64,000 bases of DNA from Pelomyxa schiedti (Eukaryota > Protista > Evosea), in assembly GCA_020536535.1 (NCBI GenBank), contig JAHLWZ010000022.1, positions 62,001 through 126,000 on the forward strand, given 5' to 3'. Made by a program: the position numbers and the translations under genes. Under the pieces are notes generated by a model. It was not told the origin of the DNA. It made no database searches and saw only the letters and a list, made by a program, of their open reading frames with translations. This document shows positions 14,001 through 27,086 of this stretch, in pieces. Within the stretch, counting starts at the first letter, position 1. The number at the start of each line of letters is the position of its first letter.

Positions 14001-16809
14001 ATACCTTGCCTGTGCTTCAGCAACACGCTTAGCTTCCTCTTGTTGCAAACGCCAAATTGCTTCTTGCTGCAATCTCCTTGCATTTTCTTCAGCTTGGAGC
14101 CTAAAGTGAGTATTTACAATTCAGATCTTAAGGAAATTGGTTTACCTGGCTTGCTCTTCAGCAACACGTTTTGCCTCTTCTGCGGCTAAGCGCTTAGTAG
14201 CTTCTTCGTTTTGTTTGCGAAGCATTTCCAGTTCTGCCGCTCGTCTTCTGGCCTCAAGTTCCAGTTTTTGTTGCTGCTCCTCCCACTGGCGGCGTTTAAC
14301 CTGAGCAACAAGGCGTTGTGCTTCTTCAGCTTCACGTTCTTGCTGGATTGTGTTATTTTTTATTTTGGAACACAAGACCATTAGTTCACCTGTTGCCTCT
14401 CTTGCTGTTGTCGTAATAGTTCTGCTTGCTGTGCAAGTTTTACTTCTAGCTCCTATTGCTGTCGGTTACGGCTAAAAGGTGATGAATTAGTATACTCTTT
14501 GTTTGGCCTCTTCTAAAGCAAGTTTCCGTTTGTTTGCCTCCTCCAGTGCTTGTTGCTTTATGATAAGTTCCAGTAAATAAATAAAAGGGTTAAACAGAAG
14601 AATGGACCATGTATCTAGCTTCTTCAGCAGCTTTTCTCTGTGCTTGCTCTATCTTCAGCTGAGCTTCCTCTGCAGCTTTCCTTTTCGCTTCCTCTATTTT
14701 CAGCTGTGCATCTTCTGCAGTTTTCTTCATTTCTTGAAATCTTGCTTCTTTTTCCTCTTCCATCCGCAGAAGGCGGGCTATTTCAGCTTGCCTAGGTACT
14801 TATAAGTAAAGAAATGCTGAGGTAGGGCATGCCTCTCCTGCTCGCGCTTCTGCCATTCTTCTCTTGCCTTCAGTTCTGCCTGTTTTAGTAACTCAGTTTG
14901 CCTGGGCAGTTTAAAAGAAGGCAATGAGAGTGCCTAAAATACCTCTGAGCTTCTTCCGCCTTGCGTCTGGTTTCTTGTGCTGCTTGTTCTTCAGCCCTAC
15001 GTCTGGCTTCTTGTGCTGCCTGTTCTTCAGCCTTTCTTCTGCAAATTTAACTGTGAGAAGCCCTGCCCCTGAAAGGAACCATACCGCATATCGTCAGCTG
15101 CTTGTTGTTCAGCCTGCTTTCTGCTGATGGTTTTTCAAAAGAAAATAAATCAACAACGAACCTTAATGCTTCTTCCACCTTACGTCTTTTCTCTGCTACT
15201 TGTTCTGCTGCTTGTTTCCTACAACTGGTAAGCATAATTGAAAGACAAAGAGTGTGTACTGTTGCAAGTCTCTTTGTTTAATCAAAGCCACAAGCTACAA
15301 TTTGAGTAGAAAAAAGCTAAAAGGAAAATAGGTACTTACTCGTAGATTTTCTTGGTCATCGTTATTGACATTGACCTAAATGAAGTTATGTCATATCCAT
15401 ATGTTAAAATTGATACTGGCGACGAGGTAGTTGGCGGCACAACTGATGGTTGTACTAGGGGGGTAGATGCAGTAAAGCCGACGTGTGAAACAGGAAGTGT
15501 AGTGGTAGGTTGCACAACAGGGAGAGAAGTAATAGAAGGTTGGCCAATGGAAGGCAAAGTAACACTCGCGACTGCCGCTGTAGGTGTGCTGGGTGTTGTA
15601 CCGAAGGTAGAATAAGTGCCAAACTGCTGTCCTGTGGTGGCTGTTGAAGATGGAAACATAGAAGAACTGAGTTGTTGATGGGACATCGGAGTTGTCTGGT
15701 TTGAGACAGGAGCCGAAGGTAGAACATTTGGAGAGGTTGCCTGCACATTTGGGTAGGCTGATGTTACTTGCGGAGCGGGTGCAGGGTACACTGTAGTGAA
15801 GTTTAAAGAAGAAAACTTCGAAAAACACGAATACCTGTAGAAACACTTGTCTTCAAGCATTGCAAACACAATTGATAGGCACAACCCCCAAAACAACACT
15901 TGAGTCTTGTTCCATAGGGTGAAGAGCCACACGATTGGCACCAGAACTGGTTCTGTTCTACACTCATCATAAGAAGGTGGTGGTGGGTAGACACTTTGAA
16001 GAGGTCTTTTCCACAAGGTACTTGTTTTGGAGTTTAATTGAGAAAAAGTGAGGAAGAGGAGATACAGTCAGTTTGGGGTACAGTAGCAGTGAACTTCAGG
16101 CATGATTCACACATGTCATATCGGCAGGTCTGTTGGTATCCAAGAGAGTCAATACATGCGTAACGGGGGTCTTGTGGTGATTTAACAGTATTACAACAGA
16201 AGCACGTCCAACACCCTGAAAGTGGTGGTGCCAGCTTTAGGAAGTGATGGTGGCGTTGTGATGGTAGATTTGGCATCTGATCATAAGGTATTTCTCTCTA
16301 TACAAGACAGATAAGAAAAATAGCCAAGCAAAAATACTATATAGCCAAAAAAAAAGAAAAAAAAAAGAGGGAAATTACAGAAGGAGGAGTGACAGTAAAA
16401 GCAGGACAAGGTGTGTTGCTAGAATATGAATAGACACCATTTCTAAATGAGCCAACGAGGCTGGTTGCTTGTTGAGGGGAGGGATAAGCTCCAAAAAAGC
16501 CACCCTGTTGTTGACAACAACAATTAATTCACCCATAATGGCCACATGGCATAGGACCCGACCCCACACGCGTGGTTCATACGTTTTCACCAACGACCCC
16601 AGCGTGTCGTGCAGCGGAACAAACAGATCCAGCGTACAGGTCCGTCCCATAACAAGGTCCCCCCGCAGTGCACCCCTTGTTACTACCCAAGCAATAGTAT
16701 CTAATTGCGTTGAGCTCAACGTGGTAGAGTGTGCTAAGTTCGCAGACGGGAGCAAAACGAGGGAAAAACCAAAGACACACAAGTTGCCATAGACCCCACA
16801 CGACGCCAT
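11099..16809 (-). CDS. WASP-like Arp2/3 nucleation-promoting factor: LCCL - 2x C1/DC1-like Zn finger - S/T-rich - long A/E/R/Q coiled coil - C2 - degenerate GBD - polyproline - WH2 - C - A
   Basis: LCCL: CYGTDLYAGSVCSAARHAGVV...GSFRNGVYS. His/Cys fingers: HHHFL..WTCFCC..RYAC..CRYDMCESC and HHHLL..FWCQSC..LKCC..CAYQLCLQC. C2: VYVMESMDLIAGDYDGK..KTKVVKKSL..WNESF..DKDFFSSDDLG. GBD-like: KDISLP...EEWKKLFQAAGISRKDL. WH2: ALLDSIVAGTALRKT. C: SLVSALTAAISSRR. A: GSDDGWSDEDDDF. Most introns were checked in frame; the stop is at 11137 (unspliced) or 11099 (with a final short intron). Confidence 0.75.
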
Positions 16810-17034
16810 TCGTGTAGATCTACAACGACTCTCTGATTGCGGTTTGCTGTTTGTTTTTATCCTTTTCTTTTTTTTTTTTCCCCTTTTTTTCCTTTCTTCT
16901 TGTGTGTTTGGGCTTCTTTTCGTTGCATTCGTGTCAGATCTGTTGGTGTTCAAACTATTCAATGCACCTCTTCCACAAAAAGGGTGTCTTGTTGGGGTTT
17001 TTTTTTTTATTGACAAAGTGTAGTATTTTGTCGT

Positions 17035-18099
17035 TCAGTGGTCTTTGTTATGAGTGTTGGGTGTTGCCAGTGTTGAAGCTGTCATTCTCAGAGTGTTCAC
17101 TTGGTTGATGATGTCATATACATCAAGGCAGGGAACGGCTAGTGACACGAGGGTGGGGTACAAATCAAGCCATATCGTGACCCAGAGGTGATAGACAAGG
17201 AACACATCTGTGTGAATGTTTAATAGGCCGTATCACTTGATGGAATTCGTTGTATATTCTTTACTTTAGAAACAGGACACATACAGGAGAAAATGCGTAT
17301 TAATCTTTGCACACTGAACGCAATTAATTGTAGAATCCAAGTCGTCTTTGGCGTCGGTTGAAATGCCTCTCTAATCAGCAATAGGACTGACGAAGTCGCC
17401 GTCGACACCTCCCATATTTGAGTACCAAGGCAGAACGATGGCGGAACTAGTAGACACAAGTACGTGTGGTGATTGCAATTAAAATGCTGGCGAAACAATA
17501 TAGCCATACCAACTGAATATCTGATGAACGTGTGAGATAGAAGACGCAGCAGCGTTCCCGTCAGGTGGTGGCATACTGTGAACCTACAGAGCCGCACCGG
17601 TTTTTTCCCCATATGACATGGAAGTCAATATAGACCACACACGCACATACTTGATGTAAGGGCGCGAGTACATTCCCCGAAGCGGGAGAACGAGCATCAA
17701 GTCAAACAGCCACAATGCGCAGCTCACCGTGCACGACATGTTGAACCAGAAGGCGTCCCCGTAAAAGTAGGCGGCGATTCCAATGTATCCCACAAACGCG
17801 TTGCTCAGCGTCCCGCACGCCGCCCTTGTGATTTTGTGCAACCGTAACCAGTTGAATTCCTCGCCGCCGACCCCGCGCCGCCAGGACGTGGACGAGGGCG
17901 AAGGCGAAGGCGAAGGCGAAGGCGGGTCGCCGTTATGGGATTCGAACACGTCGACCGGCGCCAGCTCCCTCAATGCCCACGCAACCAACGACGCGACGAC
18001 GAACTCGGCGCCAACAAACGCCAAAAACACACCCACGTGCTGCCCCACAACAGCACCGAGCGCATCCCCCTCTTCGTTGGGTGCACCACCACCTGTCAT
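17035..18099 (-). CDS. TLC (TRAM/LAG1/CLN8) domain multipass membrane protein
   Basis: Multiple TM helices; conserved WLFDL, HH (VCHHLTG), EVST and F...R (AFSVQRLIR) motifs. Confidence 0.65.
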
Positions 18100-18360
18100 T
18101 TATGTTGGCAGGAAATTCGGACGTATGTGTAGATACGCTTCAGCACTCATTCCGGTATGGTACCACCTTTTTTGGGTACTTGATTTAGCGGAACTAGTGG
18201 CGGGTGACACAAGAAAACGGTTCCCCTTCTTTTCGTTTCCCACGGGTTACTGTTGGTGGGTGTTAAACCATTACTAAAACTCGCAGATAAACCATAGTAC
18301 AGATTATATTGGGGTTCTCCACTCCCACTACACCTTTCAAACAAACAAACAGTAACAAGC

Positions 18361-21300
18361 TCAATCAACTTCTGCAAGGTCAGGTGACTTCAGTGTTGTG
18401 AACACTTCTTCCATCTGTATGGAAATAAGGGTTGGAATTTGGGGTACCCGGAGCACACAATTTGGTACTGCTCCTCAGTTTTTTGCCAAGCTTCCAAAAA
18501 TACTTTGGCTTGTTGATAGTCCTCATTTTGGCAGCACCTAGAGAAAAAAATTCGGAAGAGAAGAATTCAGAGAGATGGTACCTGTCCTCCTCTGCCCGTA
18601 GACCTACAAGGGATGAATAGGTCTTGTCCTTCAGGCCCTGGTTGTTTGCTTATGATTGGGTTGTACATTATAGACACGCATACAATAATCTCCTGCCATA
18701 GCTCCTTCAGTTGTGTTTTTTGTTCTGTAAGTTTCACTTCAAGACTGTTTTTGACGCCGCTTATCTCGCCCAATTGTTTCTCAAGGAGTATTTGTTCTTG
18801 TTTTACCTGTGGATATTTAGGTGTGGAACATGAGTGGAGTCACCTTTTCGGCAGCGTCATACTCCCTTAAGCGGGCATGTTCACGCTTTTTAGTATCGAG
18901 AGACTGTGCAAACGCCTCCAAATTTTTAAACTTTCCAGAGAGGGTGCGATGGTGGACTGCACAACGCTTTGTATTGACAAAAGAGTCCTGATACAGTAAG
19001 GGTGAAGAAAAAAAAAAGGGAATAAATATGATGACCTCATATTTTCTGGCAAGCTTTCTGAAGGGAAACGAAAAAGAAAATCCTGTGAGGTTTTCTTCAA
19101 CCGCGTCCAGGATTCCCTTTACTTCACCTCCACCAACAAGGAATACAGTTTCAGGTCCGATGGTGATCTTTTATCGTTAGGCAGGCATTTACATCAAAAG
19201 GAAGTGAAACCTTCAGAGAGCTGTCATTAACTAAATAGGTGTCTATCGTCGGATGCCATGGAAACACCTTTTCCGTAGAATTCGCGGAGACTGCAAGCCC
19301 AGCAGGGGTCACTGCTAGCTTAACTGTTGTTTCTCCTTCCTTATTTTTCAGCGAAGCTCGAAAGTGGGTACTGAAAAGGGTAAATTTTCAAAACAAGGTA
19401 TGGGGTGTACCATGTCTTCGATTTGGCTGGTGAAGGTTTGCTACTTGGAGGTAAAGGCTGAGGGACAGTAACAAGAGGAGCTGATTGAGTAACTGCTGGG
19501 CAAGCCTGAGGGATGGTAACAAGAGGAGCTGATTGAGTAACCGCTGAAGGTGTCTGGGTGACAGTTGACAGAGGTGGTGTCGGTGAGACAGCTACAAAAT
19601 GTCAGTAGAATAACCGAACGAAGAAACAGACCTGCCAGTTTGGAAATAGGTGGAATTGGTGGTGTGAGAACTGGAGTTGGTGATGTTGGCAACTGTACAT
19701 TTCTTAACTGATGAGTAGGAAATCCCCAAATTGGTATTTGATACCCGTGAAAATGATTTGCTTGGTATATTCGACTCATAACAAGAAGTAAAAAATTTTG
19801 GGCTAGATCTTGTGTTTCAAATCCAAGTCCAATCTCTGGAAAGTGTTATTCCATAGCACAAAATGGGCACAAACTTTCACAAATAATAAAATATCTGCAG
19901 CTGTCACCAGCTGCAATAATGCTGCGTTCATCAACCTCAAATGAGGATATGGTGATTCGACCTAGTGAAAGTTAAAATACTAAATACCAAAGAGTTATAG
20001 AACCAGTTAGAGTGAGAATGCAAGCACTTTGACGGGCAATGACATTAATAATCACATAGTCAACTGGTTCACCCCAGTTAGATGAAATTCTGAAGACCTT
20101 TCAGTAATATTTCTGGATGACTTAAATTTACATCTCATCACCAGATGTAACATTGAATATCCAACACCCAATTTCCTCAAATGCTTTGAAAGGAAATAAA
20201 TCAGGGTCCATAAGAAAGGAGACTACTGAAAGGAGAAGATTGTGCTCGCATTTTAGTAAGGGGTAAAGATTTCTCAGTTGTAGTTGCAAGCAGGTTGATA
20301 CAGGATGGTGCTCGTGGCCTTAACTAATTCAGATTTACGTCAAGTAATAAAGAATGACCTTGGAGGTAAAGTTAACGTGGGTGGTTCAGCACGTCTGCTG
20401 GAAGGAGATTTTTTCTCTTGAAATGCTTTGAAAGTTTTCAACAGGTCAGGAACTGCTGAGAGTTAGGCCAGTGAGTAGCTATCATAAAGGCAATGCTACC
20501 TATGTGTTTCTTTTTTCTCTTTTTTTTTTTTTAAAGAAACAGTATTAGTTAGTGATAGAATGTCATATTGAAAAAACCGAAGTGGATTCTGGTGCTGATG
20601 TTTCCAGTACTGATTTAGGAACAGGTAAGGTCCTTCTAAGTGCTTCCATAAATACCTCTTGTACACCTTGCATTAATAAGGAGCTGCACTCCATATAGCA
20701 AAGTGCCATTAGATGCTTTGCTAACTGTTCACCCTTTTGTTTCAGTTAATTTGGCACTTCGGAGTTCAGGTTTGTTCCACCTCCTCCCTTGAGACAACAT
20801 CTGCCTCTGGTTTTGTGTCTCGTAAATCTGTCATGGTGCCCACAATGATGTACTTCGCGAGTGAGTCATACCGGACTACTTCAGGCCACCACTAAAAAAG
20901 TTGGACAAAATTACTTCAGCTAAAGGCAAACATTTAGAGAGCAGTTAGTACTTTTGTACGTATATGTTCAAAACTTGTCCGTGAGGCAACTGAAAACACT
21001 AATAAAAAAGCATCTGTGTCAGGGTAGCTCAATGGTCTAAGTCTGTCATAGTCTTCCTTTTGAATTATCAACTCATTCTCATAATTTGCCAAACAAAGAG
21101 TAAACTTGTCCAGCAGTGTCCCACAGTGAAACCAACCGCGGGCTACCATCAACAACGACACTACTGTTGTAGTTCTCGAATACTGCTTAGGAGGTGAACT
21201 CCTCCCAATGAAAGAGAGTAAAAAACCACACCAGTAGGAACATATTCCACTATGAACAACATATGAGTGTGAAAAAGGGAAAAAAAAAAACAAAATTTCA

Positions 21301-21468
21301 GCAAGGCACAACTAGAAAGCAACAAAGAACGCAGCAATAACCAACGCACCCATAATGCGAGAACAACGTACCAGGAAACTTGTGCTCAGTGAAGGCAATC
21401 AGAAGCACGGTCTTTCCGGCGTCGTCGTCACCAATAACAACGATCTTGGTCTCTCTTACAAATGCCAT
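18361..21468 (-). CDS. Atypical Rho/Rac-family GTPase with long C-terminal extension (WH1/PH-like, Pro-rich, FERM-C/PTB-like, coiled coil)
   Basis: [54 protein letters not shown]. There is no stop or CaaX after the G domain, and the frame continues through further exons ([15 protein letters not shown]; [21 protein letters not shown]). 3' end approximate. Confidence 0.7.
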
Positions 21469-21764
21469 CACCGCCCCTGATGATCTTGGGTTTTTTCAAG
21501 TGAAAAGAACAAACGAACTCGAAGCCTTTCAAAGGATGTCAAACAAAATTGGAACGTTCCTTCTGCCAGGGACTCTGAAATTTAGGAACGGGGGATTGGG
21601 AAATGGCATAGTATGCCGGCCGCGAACCCGCCCACCTCCTTTCGGAAACTATGGACGTGCATACCAGCACATTCACAGTTCCAATAAAAAGAGAAATTCT
21701 CAACTCATCTCCATCTTGGTAAGTTGACTTGAGGGGTACGTAGCCGCTGCGCGTGGGGGTAGCA

Positions 21765-23786
21765 ATGTCCTGTGGCTGCATCGTTTGTGGGAGCGGCGAT
21801 GATGATGATGGTGGTTGCATTTCCGCTCGTCCCATAAGTCCAGTTTGCCCGGCGGCGTACGGCCGCTACGCCCCCGCTGCCGTGCCCTCCACCGCCATGG
21901 CCGTGTGCTTCTCCCCCGACTTCGACGTGGACATCGACGCGCCGCAGACGCAGCCCATAATGGCGGTTGACACAGCGGTTGCCTCGGCAACACAAGGGGC
22001 AGCCGTGAGTGGAGTAGGGGACGTGGGGGGCAGAGCCGCGGCGGCGGCGGCGGTTGTTGGGTGCGCTGGGGGCTGGTGGTCGGTGGCGGGGGCGGTGGTG
22101 ACGCCCGTTGTGGTCGTGCTGGTGCTGGTGTGGCTGCTGGCTCCCCCGCCGTCTTCGTATCAGAGGCCAAACCTCAGGGTGTGTGTGCGTGCGTGTGTGC
22201 ACGTCAGTTTGCTTTCTTTGATTGATTGCCTTACTGGTGTGTGTTGTAACTTTTTTTTTTTTTTTTGCTTTGTTTTTCCATTTTGGAAGGCTTTCAGGCC
22301 AACTAGAAAAACACCGGCGGTTACATCAAGTGGTGCTGGTGCCAGGAGGAATTTCTTTGGAGCAAATGTGTGGCTTCCTGGGGAGAATCACTTTCTGGAT
22401 CCCAAGGATGGTATACTTCCCTTTCCCAACAACACTACTTCTAAAAAAGATACTAAACAAAAAAGGTACAAAACACTCATTTCCATCAATTTTGTTACTA
22501 CCTCCATTCTCTCCACCCACACCGATGATTGAGCCTCTTGGTCGTTCTGTTTATTTGAGTGTCATTATTGTAGCCTTCAATGCACAAGTCTATCTCAACT
22601 CATTATTCTGTAAAATACAATCTACCAATGACTAATTAAACTCTTGAAGGCTTATAGTGGCGACAACTTTTAATACTTAAATGAAATAGTTTTCTTTTCA
22701 TAGTTGTAACCATCCCCCAGACCAGGCTGCCTGATCTTCTGAAAGATACTTTATCCTATCTCCACAGTCGAGTCGAAATAGACCCATCTTTCACTTATGA
22801 AATCATTGTTGTGGATGATGGCAGCCGAGATGAAACATCAGAGTGTGCCCATTCATTTATGTCCTCTTCCTTCAATTCCCCTTCATCTGCAAGCCAAACT
22901 GCAACGCAATTTGCAACTCCTCCTACCTCCCTTCTTGGCAGTGGTGTGACTGCATTAATGACAGCGACTTCCTCTGCATCCATGTCATCCTCTTCACCTT
23001 CGGTCACACCATCACATAATCAGGCTTTCAATACATTCAGAGTATTGAAGCTTATGGCGCATAGAGGGATAGGCGGCGCTTTGAAGAGGGTGTGATGGCC
23101 TCAACACCAGTACCCCAATTTCCACTTAAATGCATTAGGGACTACTATGCTGCAGGGGGGACATTATTCTTGTTATTGATTCCGCTGGGAATTACAACTT
23201 TTCCGATGTTGTTGCCCTCGAAGCCAAGATGACTCCCTTCCTAATGCCAGGCAGTGCAAGGAGCTATGCCGCAGTTGCTTTTGGAATTCCCAAGACAAAA
23301 AGGCTGCAACCACCAGGGGTACTTTTTTCCTATATGAACTAATAGCGGTTTTCCAAAACTAATGTAGAAAACAACGCCACAAATTATTGGGATGATTGTT
23401 GTTTATGCTCTTTCCAAACTACTGTGCTATTCTTATCCCCAGAGATTCAATACTTGCGGTCTTTGTATATTCACACGCGAAGCTGTACAGCTTCTTATCC
23501 CCAACCAGCATATTGAAGGGTATTAAATCCCTTACTTGACATACCCAACGCACATCAGGGGTGCCTGTGTTGTAGAATTGGCATACATAGCGGGAAAGAT
23601 AGGTGTTCCTATTTTTGAGGTCCCACTACAGTGTTTGGAAGTGAGTTTGACACCTTTGACTGTAGCCATTAAGGTACCCTTTTCCTCACAAAAAGTGATT
23701 TCTGATACAGTGTTGTCCAGATGGTGTGGGACCTTATTCGAATTCGGCTTATGTACACATTCAGATTGTGGAAAATAGTAGTGTAA
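21765..23786 (+). CDS. ALG5-like GT2 glycosyltransferase (dolichyl-phosphate glucosyltransferase-like), degenerate
   Basis: N-terminal TM; YLSVIIVAFNA, YEIIVVDDGSRDETS, HRGIGGALKRG..CRGDIILVIDSAG, TCGLCIFTREA, MVWDLIRIRLMY...W align with the ALG5 layout. Confidence 0.75.
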
Positions 23787-23886
23787 AAAAAAACAAAAAA
23801 ATCATTTACAGAGACAGATAAAGGTGAAATCGTTTGTTTACGTCTTGTTCACTATTGGGGTAAATACAATAGAATGAGGAAATGAT

Positions 23887-26869
23887 TTAGCTTTGATGTG
23901 CTGGATTTGGAGGTGGTGCAGATGAGGTGTGGTAATAGAGTGTAGCAAAAACTAGCAGGTGAAGCAAGATCACATAGACTGCAATCAACTTCCTGGCCCA
24001 TGCGTGAGAGAGACAGTATCTACCGAATCGCAATAGGACTTTGTCCACAGCATTGAGCTGCCGGTATCTTTGCTCCTTTTCCTGTAGCAGTTGGTTAGGT
24101 TGTTGTTTGTATGAAGAATTTGGGAAAGAACAACCGAGCTATCAAAGGCGGCGAATGGGTTAATTGCTTGTTCATACATTCTGTCATATTTTTCTAGTGA
24201 CTGTGTATGCGTTCTGGAAGCTCTCTGGTGTGTTGTAAGCGAGGTTTTGGATGGAGAAGGAGTGGAGCAACATTATCTGTACGAGGCTCGATGTCAACAA
24301 GAACTGTCCCATTGCCAGTGTTACGACTCTTTAAAGGATGAATGAGAGGAAACAGAGAGGGAAATTGCCTGGTATGACTGCAGAAACTTGATTTTTTGGA
24401 ATAATTTCAAATTGTCATCCTTCAGTTCGGACAAATCCAATGAGGCTTTATCCAGAGCCTGTTTCAGGCTCACTTTGTCCTAGTTGCGAACTTAGAGGTC
24501 TAAGACTGTTTTTGGCCATACTCAACTGCTTCTAGTTGTTCCATTTTCATCTTAAACCGATCCCTTTGCTCACATACAACGGCCACCATTCCTCCTTCTC
24601 CATGTTCAGGTCGAGGCACTGCAGGAGATGTTGAGGGCGATGAAGGTGGAACGTTCGAGACCACTGTTGATGTACTGGAGAAGCCAAGAATTTGATCCAG
24701 TGATGATGCACTAGGAGGGACATCCACAAGAGGTGACGCTGGGGGTGAGGTATGTGCAGCAGAAAGTTGATCAATCTGTGCCTCCAACTTGGATATCAAG
24801 GTAGTGAGTCTTACGTTTTCAGCTTCACAGGTTCGTAAAGCAGCTGCTTTTTCAGCTTCAGATGCTTCATATTGATTAATGCGGGCCTGCCTCAGGTGTA
24901 AAGCTTGGTTGTTGTCACATTCAAAAATATTACAGAGTACTTACACGCAATTGCATTGTTTCTGTTTCCAGTCTTCTGGTTTTTTCCTTAAGAATGACTT
25001 CCACAGAAGGGTTAGGTGTGTGGAGAGTTTCAGACTGCGCGTCTACTGGAGCCTCAAGTGCCTGTGGTATGCGTGCTCAGGCATAGAAGCAGATGAGGAA
25101 AAATTATTTACCCGATATGTCTCCAGTTCAGTTACCATGGTGAGATACTGCTCTCTTGTTGGTAATCCTTTAGTGCATTGCTCCCGTTCCAATCTCTTGG
25201 GTGTTGTAAGTGTGGGATAGTACGATAGAAAGAGTGAACCTCTTGTTTAAGGGATTCTTGAAGGGAATCAATCTTGGTCTGCATGTTGGTCCTACACATC
25301 TTAGTTCGTTTCTAGGCACATCAACATACTGGATGCTGTTTGAGTTTGCCTCCAGATTTGATAGCTTTTCGTTGAGTGATGCAATTAAGATATCCTTCTG
25401 AGTTGCTTGCAGTTCCAATTCTGTTTGTTTCATCATAATGACTGACATCTCTGAGGGTAATGTTGAGGAAGGGTTGCTGTCTGATTGGGACGACTCTGCT
25501 CTCAACCGTTGCTTTATGTGGATTTTTAAAACAAAACAAAACAAAACAAAACAAAACAAAACAAAACAAAACAAAACAAAACAAAACAAAACAAAACAAA
25601 AAAAAGGATCACAGTTTACCATGTCACTTCTCAATGCCATTAACGTTGCTGATTCTTTTTCCAACTCTGCACTTTTGGAGGGGAAAAGTGGTAAGAAAAT
25701 CTGAATCCGACGATAGGGATTTACGTTAAAACATCCATCTCGGTCTGCTTTGCATTTAGTTTTTCCTCTGGAAGAAATAATTAGACAGTGATCATAATAT
25801 AAAAGAAGCTTCACCAAAGGAGGACTTCATATCTACAATTGCATTTTGTGAGTTGCGAATGGTGGTATTGGCTCGTGAGAGCTCATCTTTCAGCGTTTCT
25901 ATTGTCCGATTCAGTTCTGCTTCACTGAAATTCCACAAGTTAGATACGAAAGTATTGGGCAGCTCACCGTTCTTTTGTTGCTTGATATTCTTGCTGGCGC
26001 GTTTCAGATGCCTCTTGTACCTTTTTATCATCTTCCAGCTGTGTTGATTAGAATACTTTACCTTAGGTTTGGTTAACCTTTTGTTCTAGTTCATGTATTT
26101 TCAGTTCATAACGCCTTAGTGTAACTTCCTGATTTTTGAGAGCACTTCAAATGGATTAGCAAGAAAAAAAAGGACATCCCAGTACCTAAATTCTGATTGG
26201 TAGTCAGCGACCTGAGAGCGAAGTTGTTTAACTTCCCCTTCTAGCTCACCAAATCTCGCTTCACGTTTTTGTTTCTCTTCCTGGATGTTCTGTTATTGAG
26301 ACATATCTTACCTCTAATATGAGATTGTATTCTATAATAATTTACACTGTTGACATTTCACCACAACAAACATACCACACCGTGAGTTGGCCAATGACTT
26401 GCAAGGGGTCAGGAATCGTGGAAAGAAGAGTTTGCATTGCTAAAAAAGCTTGTTCAGCTTGCTTGCAACCCAGTGTGAGTCTGTTTACTTCTTCCTAAAC
26501 AATGTCACAAAGTGATTTCAGCACACACAACAAATCCCACCTGATACAAAGTGATCAAAGGAGTCACCAGGCGAATTTTATCCGTATCCGATGCAGCTTT
26601 GAATTCTTGTCGCCAGAGTTCAATGTTGGGATTTCGTTTCTGGCGGAGAGGAAAAACACTCACCTTTTGTATTATCCATAAGTTGTTTCCTGGACGACTG
26701 CCTGCTTTCCTTATTTTTTGCAATAGATGCAGCCTGCTGGTCCCATTGCTGCCTCGTGGAGCCCAGGTCCAACCCTACCCCGAGGTTATGTACAATGGAT
26801 CGAAAACACCAATTGTGGGTGCCTACCTTTCCACAGTTCAATAAACGTGTTGCTCGTCGACTGACTCAT
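23887..26869 (-). CDS. COY1: Golgin CASP/COY1 (CUX1 N-terminal coiled coil + CASP C-terminal domain + TM)
   Basis: N-terminal ESRQSSRKQLMDNTKEFK...LYQEEVNRLT..CKQAEQAFL...IPDP; C-terminal VVCEQRDRFK, DNLKLFQKIKFLQSY, YEQAINPFAAF and TM VYVILLHLLVFATLYY. Confidence 0.85.
25528..25599. repeat. (AAAAC)n pentanucleotide microsatellite, about 14 units, intronic in CASP/COY1
   Basis: Direct reading of the perfect tandem repeat. Confidence 0.95.
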
Positions 26870-27086
26870 CACCCTCGCCAACGTGAGGAATAGAAGAAAA
26901 AGTAAAGCAATTAACAGATTTGGGTGGGAGAGAAATCTAATCTTTTGGCTGCCTGGAGCGACAGTGCCACAAGTTTGGTTGTGAGACATGCCTCAATCCC
27001 AAAAAGGAGAGGGGCTTTGAGCTTTTTTCTTTTGTTTTGGTTTACTTATGTGCATGTATTAATAGGGCTGGGCAAGTTATTGTCTT

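Noticed and set aside
19465-19545. 48-bp-period direct repeat
   Set aside because: It is an ordinary intragenic duplication in the Pro/Thr-rich linker (VTQSAPLVT) of the Rho fusion gene.
21539-22202. Minus-strand Pro/Arg-rich ORFs
   Set aside because: They are antisense shadows of the GC-rich first exon of the ALG5-like gene.
25321-25729. ORFs with FCFVL / KTKQN repeats
   Set aside because: These are translations of an intronic (AAAAC)n microsatellite.
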